A DNA stretch of 64,000 nucleotides from Phoronis australis (GCA_002633005.1 NMRA01000411.1:291083-355082), one strand, 5' to 3'; shown: positions 51,844 through 63,802, counted from the first letter of the stretch. Made by a program: numbers and translations. Notes: generated by a model not told the origin, from the letters alone.

Positions 51844-54800
51844 GTAAAGACTCACTCTTTTTTACGAGTTCTTACTCTAAAACTTGTAATTGGGATATTT
51901 TTAAGTAAAGATTTGGGTCAACAAGACCATTTCAAACTTAGCACACCTGGAACCATCGTAACACCCCAGCCTGATTAGTACTGGTTCTACGGAGCCTCAG
52001 TACCTTGTGTGACTCAAATCAGAGTGAGGCTCATGTCGCCTTTATACTTTCTACCGACAACATAGTCTTATCAACAGTATTTCATGTTATAGTGGAACCA
52101 CTGGCGAAACCGTAAAATGGCTCACAACTTTGAAAACAAAAATGTGGGTTTTTACCCAGCTAGTTTCAAAACAGATGGCTACTTAGATAATTTCTGTAAA
52201 CGTTGACTGCTGACTACAACTTATGAGCTCATATTATGAGAACACAGAAGATAGCCCATCCACTGTGGAAATGTCTTACAATACAATTACATGCCAACTA
52301 TTCATGACTAAGTTTGAATCTTGGATAATTTGGCAATAAAAATGACATAAAGGTGGGTTTGGTATTTATGCACACCTAGCGGATACGAAACATAAGAATA
52401 CTTCTAAAGTGTATTGACATATAACCAATTTAAATTTGAATTAAATTTGGTAGAAAATAAAACTGAAACTAAATAAGGCGATCCAGATCCTCCCAAGGAT
52501 ACTATTGTTTCACCAAATGTAGAATATAAATAGGTGAATAAAACAACAAGAATGGATCAACTGAAATTTTCGGATATAACGTCCTTCATCAACAGAAACA
52601 GAAATGAAGTAAAATTAAACACTATATGTCAATTGTCATATAGTGTTTGATTTTACTTTATTTCTGTTTCTGTTGACGAAGGACGTTATATTCGAAAATT
52701 TCAGTTGATCCATTCTTGTTGTTTTATTTACCTATTTATAATTAAATTTGGAAAATTATCTAAGTCTGAATTTACCTGCTACACAGATTATGTTCATGGC
52801 AAGCCTTCCCCGTACAAGTGACAGTCATTTATTTGTTTAGAAGGCAAACACTTTGTCGTGTTTAGCTGGCTAAAAAATAAAAATTAACTTAGGCCTGTTG
52901 CTGCCATAAAATCAGTCTTAAATAATGATATTCCTTGTAAGGTAAGCTATGATAAGATTCTGTTTCCGTTACCAACAAGAATACCGAAACCAACAGCAAC
53001 TGAAGAAAACGTAATTCAAGGAAACGCTTCAGAGTATATTGGGGTTGGCAAACCCCAGCAAAATCTGAAGCGCTTTCTTTTGAGAGATCAAAAGACCTAA
53101 TTCAAATTTTATTTCTAGCAAGGCTTTAAAATGTTTTTTTTTTTGTTCCATGCGCCTGCAGCTTTCATCACAGAAATAAACCTGATGAATCATTGCTTTG
53201 AATTGTAAATTGAGAATTGTGGCCGTCTGTTTTGTCGGGATGACATATTTGCCTCATTCTTGAATCCGTTTCATTTGCAGTTTACAGCCAGCGACCCACT
53301 ATAACCCAGGATATGAAACCAGTCATTAAGAATAGGGGCGACACAGCTGAACTGCAATGCCATGTTAAATTTCCACGAAACAACCCATACGAATATAAGG
53401 TATCTTTTATGGCGATATTGTATTATTACAACATGTTATTAATTACAATGTTGTATTAATTACAACATTGCTTTACTATGTGTAAATGTATTGCAAACAT
53501 GCACGGTTAGCAGAAGACCCCGGGTTTGAGTCCCGGTTGAGGCAGAAATCTTTTCAGACTTAAACTCATTAGGTCACGTGATGTGGCTAACAGGTGGCGT
53601 GCTGACCAGACTTTAAAAAGTTTGCGATATACATTTCCACATCAGTTTAAGATTTATATATTTATGTGTAAATGTCTGATTAAGCCAATAACGATTTTTG
53701 TTCATTTCTAGATGAACAATCCAATATTGCTATTCACCCCATGTCTTTCTTTGATTTTGATGGTTATTTGCCCTATTGCTAAAGTTAAGGTAACTTTAAT
53801 TATTACCTTTGTTCCCAAATATTAAATTTCTTGAATATGATTATCCTATTCACTGTAAACTCATTAATTTTATGTTTTTAAGACCTTAGGTAACCACAAC
53901 AATTGATCATGTGCACATTTTGAAATTCGTAAATTTATGTCTTTAACTATGTGAACTTTGTTCTTCTAAAAAATTAAAAATTTTCACAGAGATCGCAGTA
54001 AATTCAACAAATGTTTTTGTTTTGCATGAAACTTATATATTCCATTTATTCCGTTAGCACCGAACAAAAGCGCTGCTAGGATTTTCAGTTAAAGCTTTTG
54101 GGCCAGAATTTAAGTGTCTAAAATCGCAACACTCCGATATTTTCAACTGACATTGAAGTCTTAATTTTACAATGAAGTACTTGGGATTAACAGCAAATAT
54201 GAAACATGCTACTGCAGTCAATGGAATAAAGAAGAAAGATTTAAAGAGTTTGTGCAAAAAGTTTCTTGTGATTGGATTCCTGTATGATGGTGATCTCTGA
54301 AAAATCACGGTTCTTTGAAAAAAATTGTGATCCCTTTGATTAGGAAGGTTTCAAAGAATATAGTTTTGCTAGTTTATAATTCATTAAATTTTCAAGAAAT
54401 ATTAACTTTATATAACATTGCTACTAAGCTGGCGGACCGTTTCTCTGTTTTACCGTGCAAACTGCATTAACTGTAGTTCTTTTTGTGTAAATTACAAAAT
54501 ACTTATGCAACACTCAAATTAATGAGTGAAATTCCAAGTGGGCACTGATGATGTCATGTGCATTGATTTCACCTTCTGTATGCTGTGTTCAGGCTAGAAA
54601 GGGTAGATTTTAAGCTGAATTTATCAAAAACACAGGCATTCGAAATTCCAAAATGTGCATTTTGTCGAGTTTGCATGGTATCAACCATAACAGATAGGGT
54701 ATTTGTGTAGGATTACACCCAGTAGCACTGGTCTGAACTGAATTATTTTGTACTGGGATTAGATATGCTTGACTTGCAGTAAAATTTCATGAACTGCGAA

Positions 54801-57800
54801 CACAATGTATCAAATAAGATGAAATTCTGCTCTTCATTTTTGCTTGCAACAAATAAGTGTTTCACCTTTTTTAAGTTCTATGCAGTATCTAGTGTCATAC
54901 AATGGTTAGAGGAATTATGGGTGTTTACAGCACTGGTGTCCATGAAGTGACACCAGTTTTTGGGATGAAATTTGTCCGAAATTGGTCAGATTTTACTTTA
55001 AACTATCAGCTTGCTTGTTTGATTACTTAATGACACTGGCATGGTTATATCTAATAATGCATCTTTTTCCCTGCTATGTAGGTTCGTTGGAATCGCGAGA
55101 TGAAGCGAGGTTCTTACAAGCTTTCAGAAAATAATAGAATAGACACACCTTTTAACAGTGCTACTGCGGATGGCCAGTTGCATTATGACGTGGACGTGTC
55201 TAGGACTGGCTCTTCCTACATATATGTCTACAGTCTCATTATTCGTGGACTGGTACGCGATGACACCGGTTTTTACACATGTCAGGTCATTATACCTGGC
55301 GATCGGGACTTTCTGCATAAAAAAGTCGAGGTCCGCGTAACAGGTGAGTTTCTGTCACCTATATTTCCTTGAAGTATTCATAGTTGGTGATCAATTGATT
55401 TGCAATCAACAGGGCTTTCTTCATTCAGTGCAAATGTATTCTAATGCTCTAAGCTATCAATGTATTCTGATGTTCAAAGTGATCAATGGATTCTGATGTT
55501 CTAAGCTGTAACTATATTCCAAAGTTCTAAGCTATACAGATGTTTGGTGATGCCGTGTCTAGCGTTATTATGACGCGATTTGAAGCGGCAACTAGGAATG
55601 AGAATGCAGTCACATGACATTGGAAAAAAATCACAGGTCTTGGACATTTTTACCATTCGTGCAACCATGGCGGCATTTTAGCTTTGGAAACTTCATGTGT
55701 TTGGATTAATTGGTGTGCGCCCACAATGGTTGTATCTATTGGATACAGGCTCCTCTCAGATTAATTTAAGTGCGCAATATTTACATGTATCAGTGAATGG
55801 GTAACCAAGTCAGCAAACATAGACTACCACGGTTTCCAGAATTCCTGTATTTCATTTGGATTTTTTGCTTTGGCACTACAGAAAACCAATTTTATTTCAT
55901 GGTGGATTTTTACAGAGCCACCAACTATTTCTGGCCATACCATTAACGAGAAAAGCTTCATCAATGGATCATCAGAAATGTTCTGTGAAGCGGAAGGAGT
56001 TCCCCGGCCAACCATACAATGGGCAAAGGTGTCCGGCCACCATCTATCCATGCCTAAAGACCACATTTTTGAGGTTTGAAACTTTCTCATTGTCTGAAGT
56101 ATTTTGTTTCCTTTAGTTTCATTTCTTTGCTGTTTCAACTCACAACTCATTCTGTCGTCGAGAAGTAAGCTCATATTTCTTACAATATACATAGGCAACA
56201 AAAAAATGTCATCGTGATGGCCCGAATATTTGTCAGGGTTATGCTTAAGTTGATAATGATTATTGAGTAGTTGGTAACTGATGTAATTGTCAGTCGGCAT
56301 ATTTGCTACACTGAATTTGAAGTGTGGTCACAGTTGAATGAAACTTTTTTACTGTTGTAGAAACAGTCTCATATTGTACGCGTAGAATTGAAATTTCCAA
56401 GTTTAATCACCAGTTTCTAATATAATCGCACTGTCTGTCTATCATCTGGAGTTGGTTGTCAGAAGAGTTTCTACAAACACAATGTGACAATAAAATAAAC
56501 AATGCACACAAAACGACAAAACGGTATATTTCACTTGGACATATTTCGACTTGCGACATCTGACTATGTGAAAAAACTGACAATGGAAGTGGCGTGCTTA
56601 ATAAGACTCAAGAGGGGGCTACTGCAAACTTATACTGATGTTTCAGAACAAAATACTTAGCGACCGGAAGTTTCGAAGCGTGCTTAAGATGAAGAATCTG
56701 CAAAAGGATGACCGAGGAACATTCCGCTGTCTAGCGTCCAATAACGTTCCAACGCAGTCACCAGTAGAAAGAACAATTTTATTGGCTATTGAATACAAAC
56801 CTTCCACAAGAACGACTAACCCCGTTGTCACTGCCTACTTGAATAAGCCATCTGCAAAGCTGTCATGCATATCTTCAGGTATGTAGGGTATCAGCGTTTA
56901 TTACCGATGTAGGAAACTTGTCTTTAATTAAGGGACAGTACCCTCGAGAAAAGTGATTTTCTGAGATCAGACTCAGGGCGGAATCGAGCCGGAACCTCCG
57001 GGGTCACAGTCTAACCCTGTGCTGGTGGAGCTGAATCTTAACACTCCATAAATGGCAGGGAATTCTGAGCGTTTTTAAGTGCAAAGTCGCTGGCCTGGAT
57101 TTTAGCAAATGTCCGGCAGCTTGGCAAAAATTGACAATTTGTACTAAATTCACAAAAACATGATGTTGTTGGTTTTTAGCTCTGTTCAAAGCTACAAATT
57201 TTGAGAATTGTATCCAATCCAACAATAATACTAAAAATGTGTTTTTCAGCCCAAAAATTGTTCCCGCCCCTTTAGGTTGGAATAGTTTTTCGTTACAAGG
57301 AACAGAGTTGGAATCAAACTTTGGAAGCCAATGTAGGAATTTTTTAGACATTCGGGAATTTATTTAAAACTTTATAATTGAGTTTTAAGGGAGTAACATG
57401 GGAAATTATATACGGTGGTGCGTCTCTGATAAATAGTGGAGTATTTATATACCGTGGGCTGTAAACTGCTTCAGTTCGCAGCGTCTCTGATAAATAGTGG
57501 AGTAATTATATACCGTGGGCTGTAAACTGCTTCAGTTCGCAGCGTCTCTGATAAATGGTGGAGTAATTATATACGGTGGTGCTGTAAACTGCTTCAGTTC
57601 GCAACGTCTCTGATAAATAATGGAGTAATTGTATTGGGTACAATAACGTGTTGATGTTTCTCACAAACAAAATATGGAAATTGTATGTAACTGCACATTG
57701 CCTTTCTGTAGGTGACCCCGTTCCTCAGGTGACGTGGGTCCGAGAACAAAAACCTAACGTCAAGCTAACAACAGGATCCAAATATCTGGTGCAGGAGAGT

Positions 57801-59091
57801 AGGAAAGGAGCCTTTCTTAGGTCTGGGGAGACGTATCATACACTGGTCGTGAAAGACATCCGTTCAAGCGATTTTGGCTACTACGTCTGTAAGGCAGAAA
57901 ACAGACATGGAATCGCCACATCACGTGTAAATCTTTACCGTAAGTTACTCTGCGTATGCATGTGATTGTAAATGTGGTGTGACGCTCCCTGTCAATCAGC
58001 GACCATCATCTGTCTGTCGTAACTTCCGCTTTTTCATTGGTTAAATGTAAATTCATGAGATGGAACTTGAGGAGGTTTGATACTTCATTTTCCTCCTCCA
58101 GTTGTATCAAATTTCAAAACAAAATTCGATTTTACCTGACGTAGAGTTTGTATACTGTACTTTTCCACTTTTTACTGTGGTTCTGTCGACAATGAGCATT
58201 GCTCACAACCTAGTGGTGGTTTCTAGTACGACGTCCACAAAATTAAAATTGGTAAACTGTAATCCACCTTGATAACAATGTTTTTGAGCAATTAGTGATT
58301 TTTTAGAAGTACCAACATTATTGTTTTTATATCATTATTTGTTGTTATTAGTACTGTTATTGTTATTGTTATTATTTTGTTATAATACTTGCTATATTAT
58401 AATTAATGACATTATTCAGAAACATATATGTTAAACTACATGTGTTTTAATACGGGTGATGTTATTAGCTGAGGTTGGTGCGCCCTGTAAGTGTTTCATC
58501 GCGACCAATGATCAAGTGAAATTACTCGTCGCAATAACTGAGTAATGTCACCTGCATTAAAATGCATGTAATTTAACATATTTATAGCATGTATTGAAGA
58601 CTTTGTCCACATTTTTCCAGTGACCATTTTCTTTCCCTGTGCAATACCCGTGTCACCTGACCACAATAAGCTTGTACTTTATTGTACGGATACGTGACAA
58701 GGTTAATGTTCACGAAAGATGCATGCGGTGTAATTATTGTTATTGCAGTTTTGTTGTTATTTTAATTATAGTTATTGATTCAGTTATTTTGTTATTTTAT
58801 TTTATTTTACCATTCATACCAGAGCTGGATACATTTCAAATACTATTATTTTTATTTCAAAAACTCTGGACAATATTTGTAAACTGAAACATATGGCGCT
58901 TGCAACATGTTGTGTTAAAAAGTATGTGTTGGACTTGACTTTATTTTTCTTTTGCAGAAAGCAATCAGCAGTCATACAATGTTATTGACAGAATTCGAGA
59001 TGAAGTTAGGAGTGACACGTCCAGGTCAGCAGTGTCTGTGGTCTTACTGGCAGTTCTAGCTCCACTGCACAGTATTCTTCACATGCTGTGA
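51798..59091 (+). CDS. Lachesin-like (IgLON/DIP/lachesin-type) three-Ig-domain cell adhesion protein, probably GPI-anchored, whole gene, 7 coding exons, 392 aa
   Basis: Exons 51798-51843, 53281-53399, 55082-55343, 55916-56073, 56647-56878, 57712-57939, 58958-59091 join in frame (1179 nt including stop). Signal peptide MYSVIGVVLCSIFASVYS. Three Ig domains with C..W..D.G.[YF].C motifs (DTGFYTC, DRGTFRC, DFGYYVC). Hydrophobic C-terminus with no cytoplasmic tail. Confidence 0.92.
52561..52595 (-). ncRNA. Minimal type I hammerhead-ribozyme-like motif (C3U variant)
   Basis: The minus strand reads CTG TTGATGA A GGA cgttata TCC GAAA AT T T CAG: stem I CTG/CAG, core (U)UGAUGA and GAAA, stem II GGA/TCC, self-complementary AATT in place of stem III. 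Confidence 0.55.
52670..52704 (+). ncRNA. Minimal hammerhead-like motif, mirror copy in the right arm
   Basis: CTG TTGACGA A GGA cgttata TTC GAAA AT T T CAG; the stem II change is tolerated as a G-U pair. Confidence 0.5.
53281..53399 (+). CDS. Lachesin-like exon 2 (Ig1 N-half)
   Basis: TTTGCAG| (V)YSQRPTITQDMKPVIKNRGDTAELQCHVKFPRNNPYEYK |GTATCT. Confidence 0.9.
53505..53560 (+). repeat. tRNA-derived (B-box) repeat fragment
   Basis: CCCGGGTTTGAGTCCCGGTTGAGGCAGAAATCTTTT: a B-box/T-arm-like motif resembling the reverse complement of 135-185. Confidence 0.4.
55082..55343 (+). CDS. Lachesin-like exon 3 (Ig1 C-half)
   Basis: TGTAG| VRWNRE...YSLIIRGLVRDDTGFYTCQV...KVEVRVT |GTGAGT. Confidence 0.94.
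55435..55537. repeat. Degenerate 26 bp tandem repeat, ~4 copies
   Basis: Unit approximately TGTATTCTGATGTTCTAAGCTATCAA. Confidence 0.7.
55916..56073 (+). CDS. Lachesin-like exon 4 (Ig2 N-half)
   Basis: TTTACAG| (E)PPTISG...MFCEAEGVPRPTIQWAK...HIFE |GTTTGA. Confidence 0.92.
56647..56878 (+). CDS. Lachesin-like exon 5 (Ig2 C-half, Ig3 start)
   Basis: TTTCAG| NKIL...LQKDDRGTFRCLASNNV...IEYKP...AKLSCISS |GTATGT. Confidence 0.94.
56928..57275. mobile_element. TTAA-flanked Kolobok-like MITE, copy C
   Basis: TTAA-GGGACAGT...GAGAAAAGTGATTTTC start and ...GCCCCT-TTAG end. Colinear similarity to copy A, including the tRNA-like segment. Confidence 0.65.
57420..57630. repeat. 61 bp minisatellite, ~3.4 copies
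   Basis: Unit GCGTCTCTGATAAATAGTGGAGTAATTATATACCGTGGGCTGTAAACTGCTTCAGTTCGCA. Confidence 0.95.
57712..57939 (+). CDS. Lachesin-like exon 6 (Ig3)
   Basis: CTGTAG| (G)DPVPQVTWVR...SSDFGYYVCKAENRHGIATSRVNLY |GTAAGT. Confidence 0.94.
58958..59091 (+). CDS. Lachesin-like exon 7 (GPI-signal-like tail and stop)
   Basis: TTTTGCAG| (Q)SNQQSYNVIDRIRDEVRSDTSRSAVSVVLLAVLAPLHSILHML*. Confidence 0.85.
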
Positions 59092-60543
59092 TAGCCTTCC
59101 TGCTGTCATAGCCTCCGCCTCATCACCTCTGTATGGTGCCATAGCTACAAGACTTCTGGATGGATGTTAGCTGCATGAAAATGCAGCGGTTTTTCTCACC
59201 ACCGTGTGGCATCTCATGACAATATAATCTCTAATGTACTACTGCTGCAGCTGGTCATGATATTTTCAACTTGTTCCATTTCATACCCTGGGTTCCTCAC
59301 ACTTCCTACCATAATTTTTCCTGAACACTGTTTGGAGGCTTTTAGAAAAACGTGAATTATGTTTTTTGTTTTCGATAAGTTTAGAAACAATTGAGAATGT
59401 CTGAATTTATGTTCTTTGACTGGTCAAAAGTAGCCAACTTCAATGTAATATAAAACCAGCATTAATCAGTTTATGAAGCCAAAGCTAACCCCTTCTAATT
59501 CTATTTCCACAACAGTGTAACCAGATAGCAGAAAATGTCAACTTGTGTGATTTAATGGCTTGAATTTTGTTGTAAAATCTAATCAAGATAACTATATACA
59601 ATAGGTTCATCTGAGCGGCCTGTGCACGTCTGGTACAACATGTACCAGACCACCTGCAATAACTTTTTTTATTAATCAAAATATTGGATAACCTGTGTGT
59701 GAAATGGGATGTTCCAGGGTAATAGTCATGTTAGCAAAGCAGTGCTCAGCTTTAATAATATTTTGTTTATATTTTATATGTCCTTTACCAGTGTTCATTA
59801 CTGATACTAGGAAGGAATACCTGCTGATACTTTTTAGGTGGATGGAACAGGGTTGCGTTCCATAGATCCAAGACATTAGTCATATGCTTGCCTCCAGAAA
59901 TCTTCGCTTAGGGAATGGAAGCGGTCCATCCTATCCTATCACTTATGAATTCTGTCTGGTAATTCAGAAATTATATCCCCCAATTTAACATTCTAATCTC
60001 GACACCCATCACTTCCATAAACCTCAATTGGTTTACTCACCTTTAACCCTCATGATTTTGCATGGTCTTGTATGATCCTCCTTTTTTGACAAGATTATTG
60101 GGTCTGTGGAACGCACCACTGTTCTGTAAGCAGCTTCTCATCAGCATTAGCTTCTACTAACACTGTGTTAAACAAATTGGCGTTAGACAGTTATCACGTG
60201 TTGAGATTGTACATAAGTTGCACAAAATATCTTAAGGAAATTTTGTCACACCTTTGACTTTAGGTGCAGGCCATTTAAAATGCTGCACCGGGTTAGTATA
60301 GTCATTTCCTGAATTATTGACTGTTTGAGATAAAAATTACTTCTCATCCTTCCCTTGAGTGTAGTTTCTGATTGAATAGCCTAATCAAAATGTTAACAAG
60401 GCTCATAATCACTCCGTAAATTAAAATTTATTTGAGATTATTTGCGCATGACGTATCTTACAGAATGATGTCTCACTCTTTTCTCTTTATACTATTATTG
60501 CGCAGGTTCTCAGGCTTAGCCATCAAACATTACAAAGGTTTAT

Positions 60544-60786
60544 CATGCGTGCACCCAGCCTAAAATATAGGGGGGCTTGAATTTTCCGGTGTGCTGACCT
60601 TTTACTGAAAGAAATCAATGAAGACTAAAAAAATGGAGCCACTAGGTTCAGGCCCAGGAATGGTGCATCCGCGCCGATTTTCCCTGGATTTTATGGACTT
60701 TTGTCTTGTTTACCCGGACTTTTTGTTTCACTGAGGCGGACCTTTTTGCCCAATTCGCCATTTGAGCCCCCTTGGGTGCGCCCATG
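60544..60786. mobile_element. Degenerate MITE with CATG-starting TIRs
   Basis: CATGCGTGCACCCA...GGGGGGCTTGAA at the left and TTTGAGCCCCCTTGGGTGCGCCCATG at the right; TTTAT lies on both flanks. Confidence 0.55.
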
Positions 60787-61831
60787 TTTATATCTAAGAA
60801 ATCATTTCTCTTGGTACTAACGCTTAAAATTCAAATCATTTGACTATTCTAGAAAACTGATAGTTAGTTCAATTTTGGTGAAAATATCATTTCTAAAACT
60901 AGGTTTAGATGCATTTGTTCAGACTTGCACAAAACCTTGTAAGCTAGGGCTGGATGACTTGTAAATGCTCAACTTTTTTATCACCTGAGTTTCTGCTTCG
61001 TAGTGTAATATTTCTATTTTAGTAAATATGTATCTGACTGTAAATAGATGTGGTTATTAACTGGGCATTTTCTCCCTACACACGAAAGTTACGATGTTCT
61101 TAATTACTTACTCATGCAGTGAATGATCGTGTGGGATGGAAATAATATTCTATCATGGCATGAGGTGGTTCGAGACACATTTGGTGTTGTGGCATAACCT
61201 GACTTGAAATTTACATTTTAGGCAGGGAGTGCGCAGGAAATTATTTTAGTTCATTTGTATTTTAATTTCCTTTCAATGTGTAATGACTGGAAAAATATGG
61301 TGTCATGTTATAAAGGGGCTTGTTCTTGTAATTTTTAATGATATTTATTCTTGTATTAATAGTTTTTACTGTATTTTATAGGCACAAGGCGCTGTGATTT
61401 TCGTGAACATTCCTTCTGGGAGTATTTTTCTGAGAAAAATATCCAATTTCTCCTCAGAATATTTTGAATTGTTCTCGTTGGAGTCCATTTCTAGAAAAGT
61501 TTTCTTCAGTTTTAGACAAAGCTAATTTCCTGAATTCCTATTCGTTTCATTGTCAAAGGTTTATGTATTTTGCTGGCAATGCTTAAAACTTGGTCAAATC
61601 CTGTTTGTTGTCTTCTTGGTACACATAAAACTGTGCTAACAGCAAACGGAAACTTTATGAATTTTATTTAAGAATTTGACAACTTTTTCTTCACATTTTG
61701 TCCTAAACTGAGAAATTTATGCTATATACCCAATGTGTCGCATCACATGTGAATGTGACGTTGGACTCCTTCCACTTGACATGTTAAATTCAGTTGGTAT
61801 GTGTGAACTAAAGGATGAAGTTCAGGTCCCA

Positions 61832-62189
61832 GTAGCTGGCTGCATGAAACGGTCCCAAATAGGGACAACCCTGTGTTTTTTAACTATTCACCTCATTTGA
61901 TTATACAAACTTTCTAATGGTGTTTTATTATATTCATTACTAATTCAACTTTTAGCTTTGGTATTCACAAAGTAAACTCTGCCTTGAGTTATCAATATTA
62001 TTGGAATTAAATAGGGTATTGCATGAAATAAGGAATCTGTTTTCAGAAATATTATAAGATAGGAAAATCTGAGTAAAAGAAGTCATGATAAAAATACAGT
62101 AATAGAAACATGTGTCATTTATGGGTGAACAAGGTCATGAACAGGAGATTTGGTGAACTTAGTCGGGACTGTTTCTTGCAACTGACTAC
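61832..62189. mobile_element. MITE related to 50387-50824, copy 2 (in the presumed lachesin-like 3' UTR)
   Basis: GCTGCATGAAACGGTCCCAAATAGGGAC ... GGGACTGTTTCTTGCAAC, with shared internal TACTAATTCAACTTTT and TCAATATTAT. Confidence 0.75.
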
Positions 62190-62580
62190 AGATGTCATTC
62201 CATACTTTACCCATAATGCATGAGTGATGCATTATGACATACATCTCAACTAGCAGTACTACTGCCAGCTCTGACATGACACTGTCTATATGGTTCACTC
62301 CACTCTGACATTGTGTGTATACAGCTTAATAGTTTGTCTTTGTTTTCAACAACTGATTTTTGAGCCAGTTATTGATGGCCCAAATTGACATCCTAAGCTT
62401 TGTATAGAGTACAGTTTTTAATTAAAAAGATTTGTTGACTGGTAATGTATTGTGTATATATGTATGTATTTACTTTTATGAAAATATTTTTTGGGTCTAA
62501 GTGTGGTGCTAATTATTCACTTACTTAGCTCACAGAGTGTCAGGGGGATTAAGTTTTGTTTTCACAATTTTTCAAGAAAA

Positions 62581-62586
62581 AATAAA
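62581..62586 (+). terminator. Candidate distal poly(A) signal of the lachesin-like gene
   Basis: AATAAA ending a T-rich, TGTA-rich stretch about 3.5 kb after the stop codon. Confidence 0.4.
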
Positions 62587-63649
62587 GATTAAGGAAAATG
62601 TATTGTTAGCTTAGTCCTTCCAGTCTAAATATGGTAAAACAACTTGTGACAAAGTACTCATTATTTGTTCTAAAAGGTAATTGCCCCTTGGAAAATTGAA
62701 AAATGGCAATTTCAGCAATTATATTTGTGCAAAATAAGTGAGGAACTGCCATGCTTATTAAGTAACATTTCCCTGTATTACTGTGATATACTTGTATTAT
62801 ATTCTTGCCCAAAAATATAGTTTAGTTACTTCAGTACCTGTGGTTGGTTTCATGAAGGCTACAACCTTGGCAACATCTGGCATCATCTTAGAACTGTTGA
62901 ACAATTCTCTTGGCCTCAGGTCAATTGTGGAAGTCATGAGTAACTCACTGTAGAAAAATGTAGTAATTTTACGTACCGTAAATGTGCGAATTAAAATTCG
63001 CATCATCATCTCTCAGAATTGGCTGATTTGATTCAAATCAAGGTTTCTGATACAAGGAATGTTTACCTACAAATATGAGGCTATAAAAACTGGGACTTCT
63101 TTGATTTTCATCAAGTTAAATTCAAATAAAAGGGAAGGATACATTTAGAAAACTGATTACCAACGTTTCGAAATTGAACCTAGAATAATTCAAAAGAAAT
63201 TAAATCTTGATTTAGACTTCTTGATCCAATTGACAGTGGCGCCGTCTTTTGGCAGCAGTTTCCAGCACAGTCGCTCATTGTTTCTTAGATGTGAACTGAC
63301 TGTTCAGTATTGCCATGCCAGAAAATAAAATGAGGTGCAGCCATAATTCATCTTGAGCAGCCTGCTGTCTAACAATTGAGGACAGTAGGTTCTTTGCGAC
63401 CCCTGAAATGACTGCCAGTTCGACTAAGGACCTATTTGAGATCAACTTCATACCCGTAAGTGACCTAACATTATTTTGTCAGTATCACGGGTTTATGGTC
63501 GTTTTCAACAAGCTTTCAAAGATTCTGAATTGACTTTGTAAATATAGGAAAGTTCAGGCTGGTGTCTTTTAATTGTAAAGGAGTGCCATTTTTTTGAAAG
63601 TTAAAAGAATCTGAAATTACCCTTCATAATTTTTATAATCCGCAAACTT

Positions 63650-63802
63650 TTAGAACGGGTTCGAAATTCGTTGGATCGCAAGAGAGGACGTGTGAATTTG
63701 GAGTGAGAAAGCAAAGCCGAAGTTGCGCGGTGAGAGAAAACAAAAATCTGCTGGAAAGCACTGCTCGTTGGTTCCCTGCGTGTGCGCTAGGGAACCAACG
63801 AG
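63650..63802 (+). other. Probable non-coding first exon of a further gene running off the window
   Basis: Locally CpG-rich segment ending in a consensus donor GAG|GTAAGT (intron would start at 63803). The start is approximate. Confidence 0.4.

Larger units (their letters stand above)
52451..52739 (-). mobile_element. Palindromic Penelope-like/retrozyme-like insertion, copy 2
   Basis: 108 bp inverted arms (52525-52632 / 52633-52740) centred on CAATTG, the same unpaired left extension, and a 12 bp flanking direct repeat AATTAAATTTGG (52439-52450, 52740-52751). Confidence 0.75.

Noticed and set aside
55824-56300. 158 aa minus-strand ORF
   Set aside because: Antisense shadow of lachesin-like exon 4 plus intron sequence.
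57420-57630. 61 bp repeats as CRISPR repeat-spacer units
   Set aside because: The whole unit is repeated with no variable spacer; this is an intronic minisatellite.
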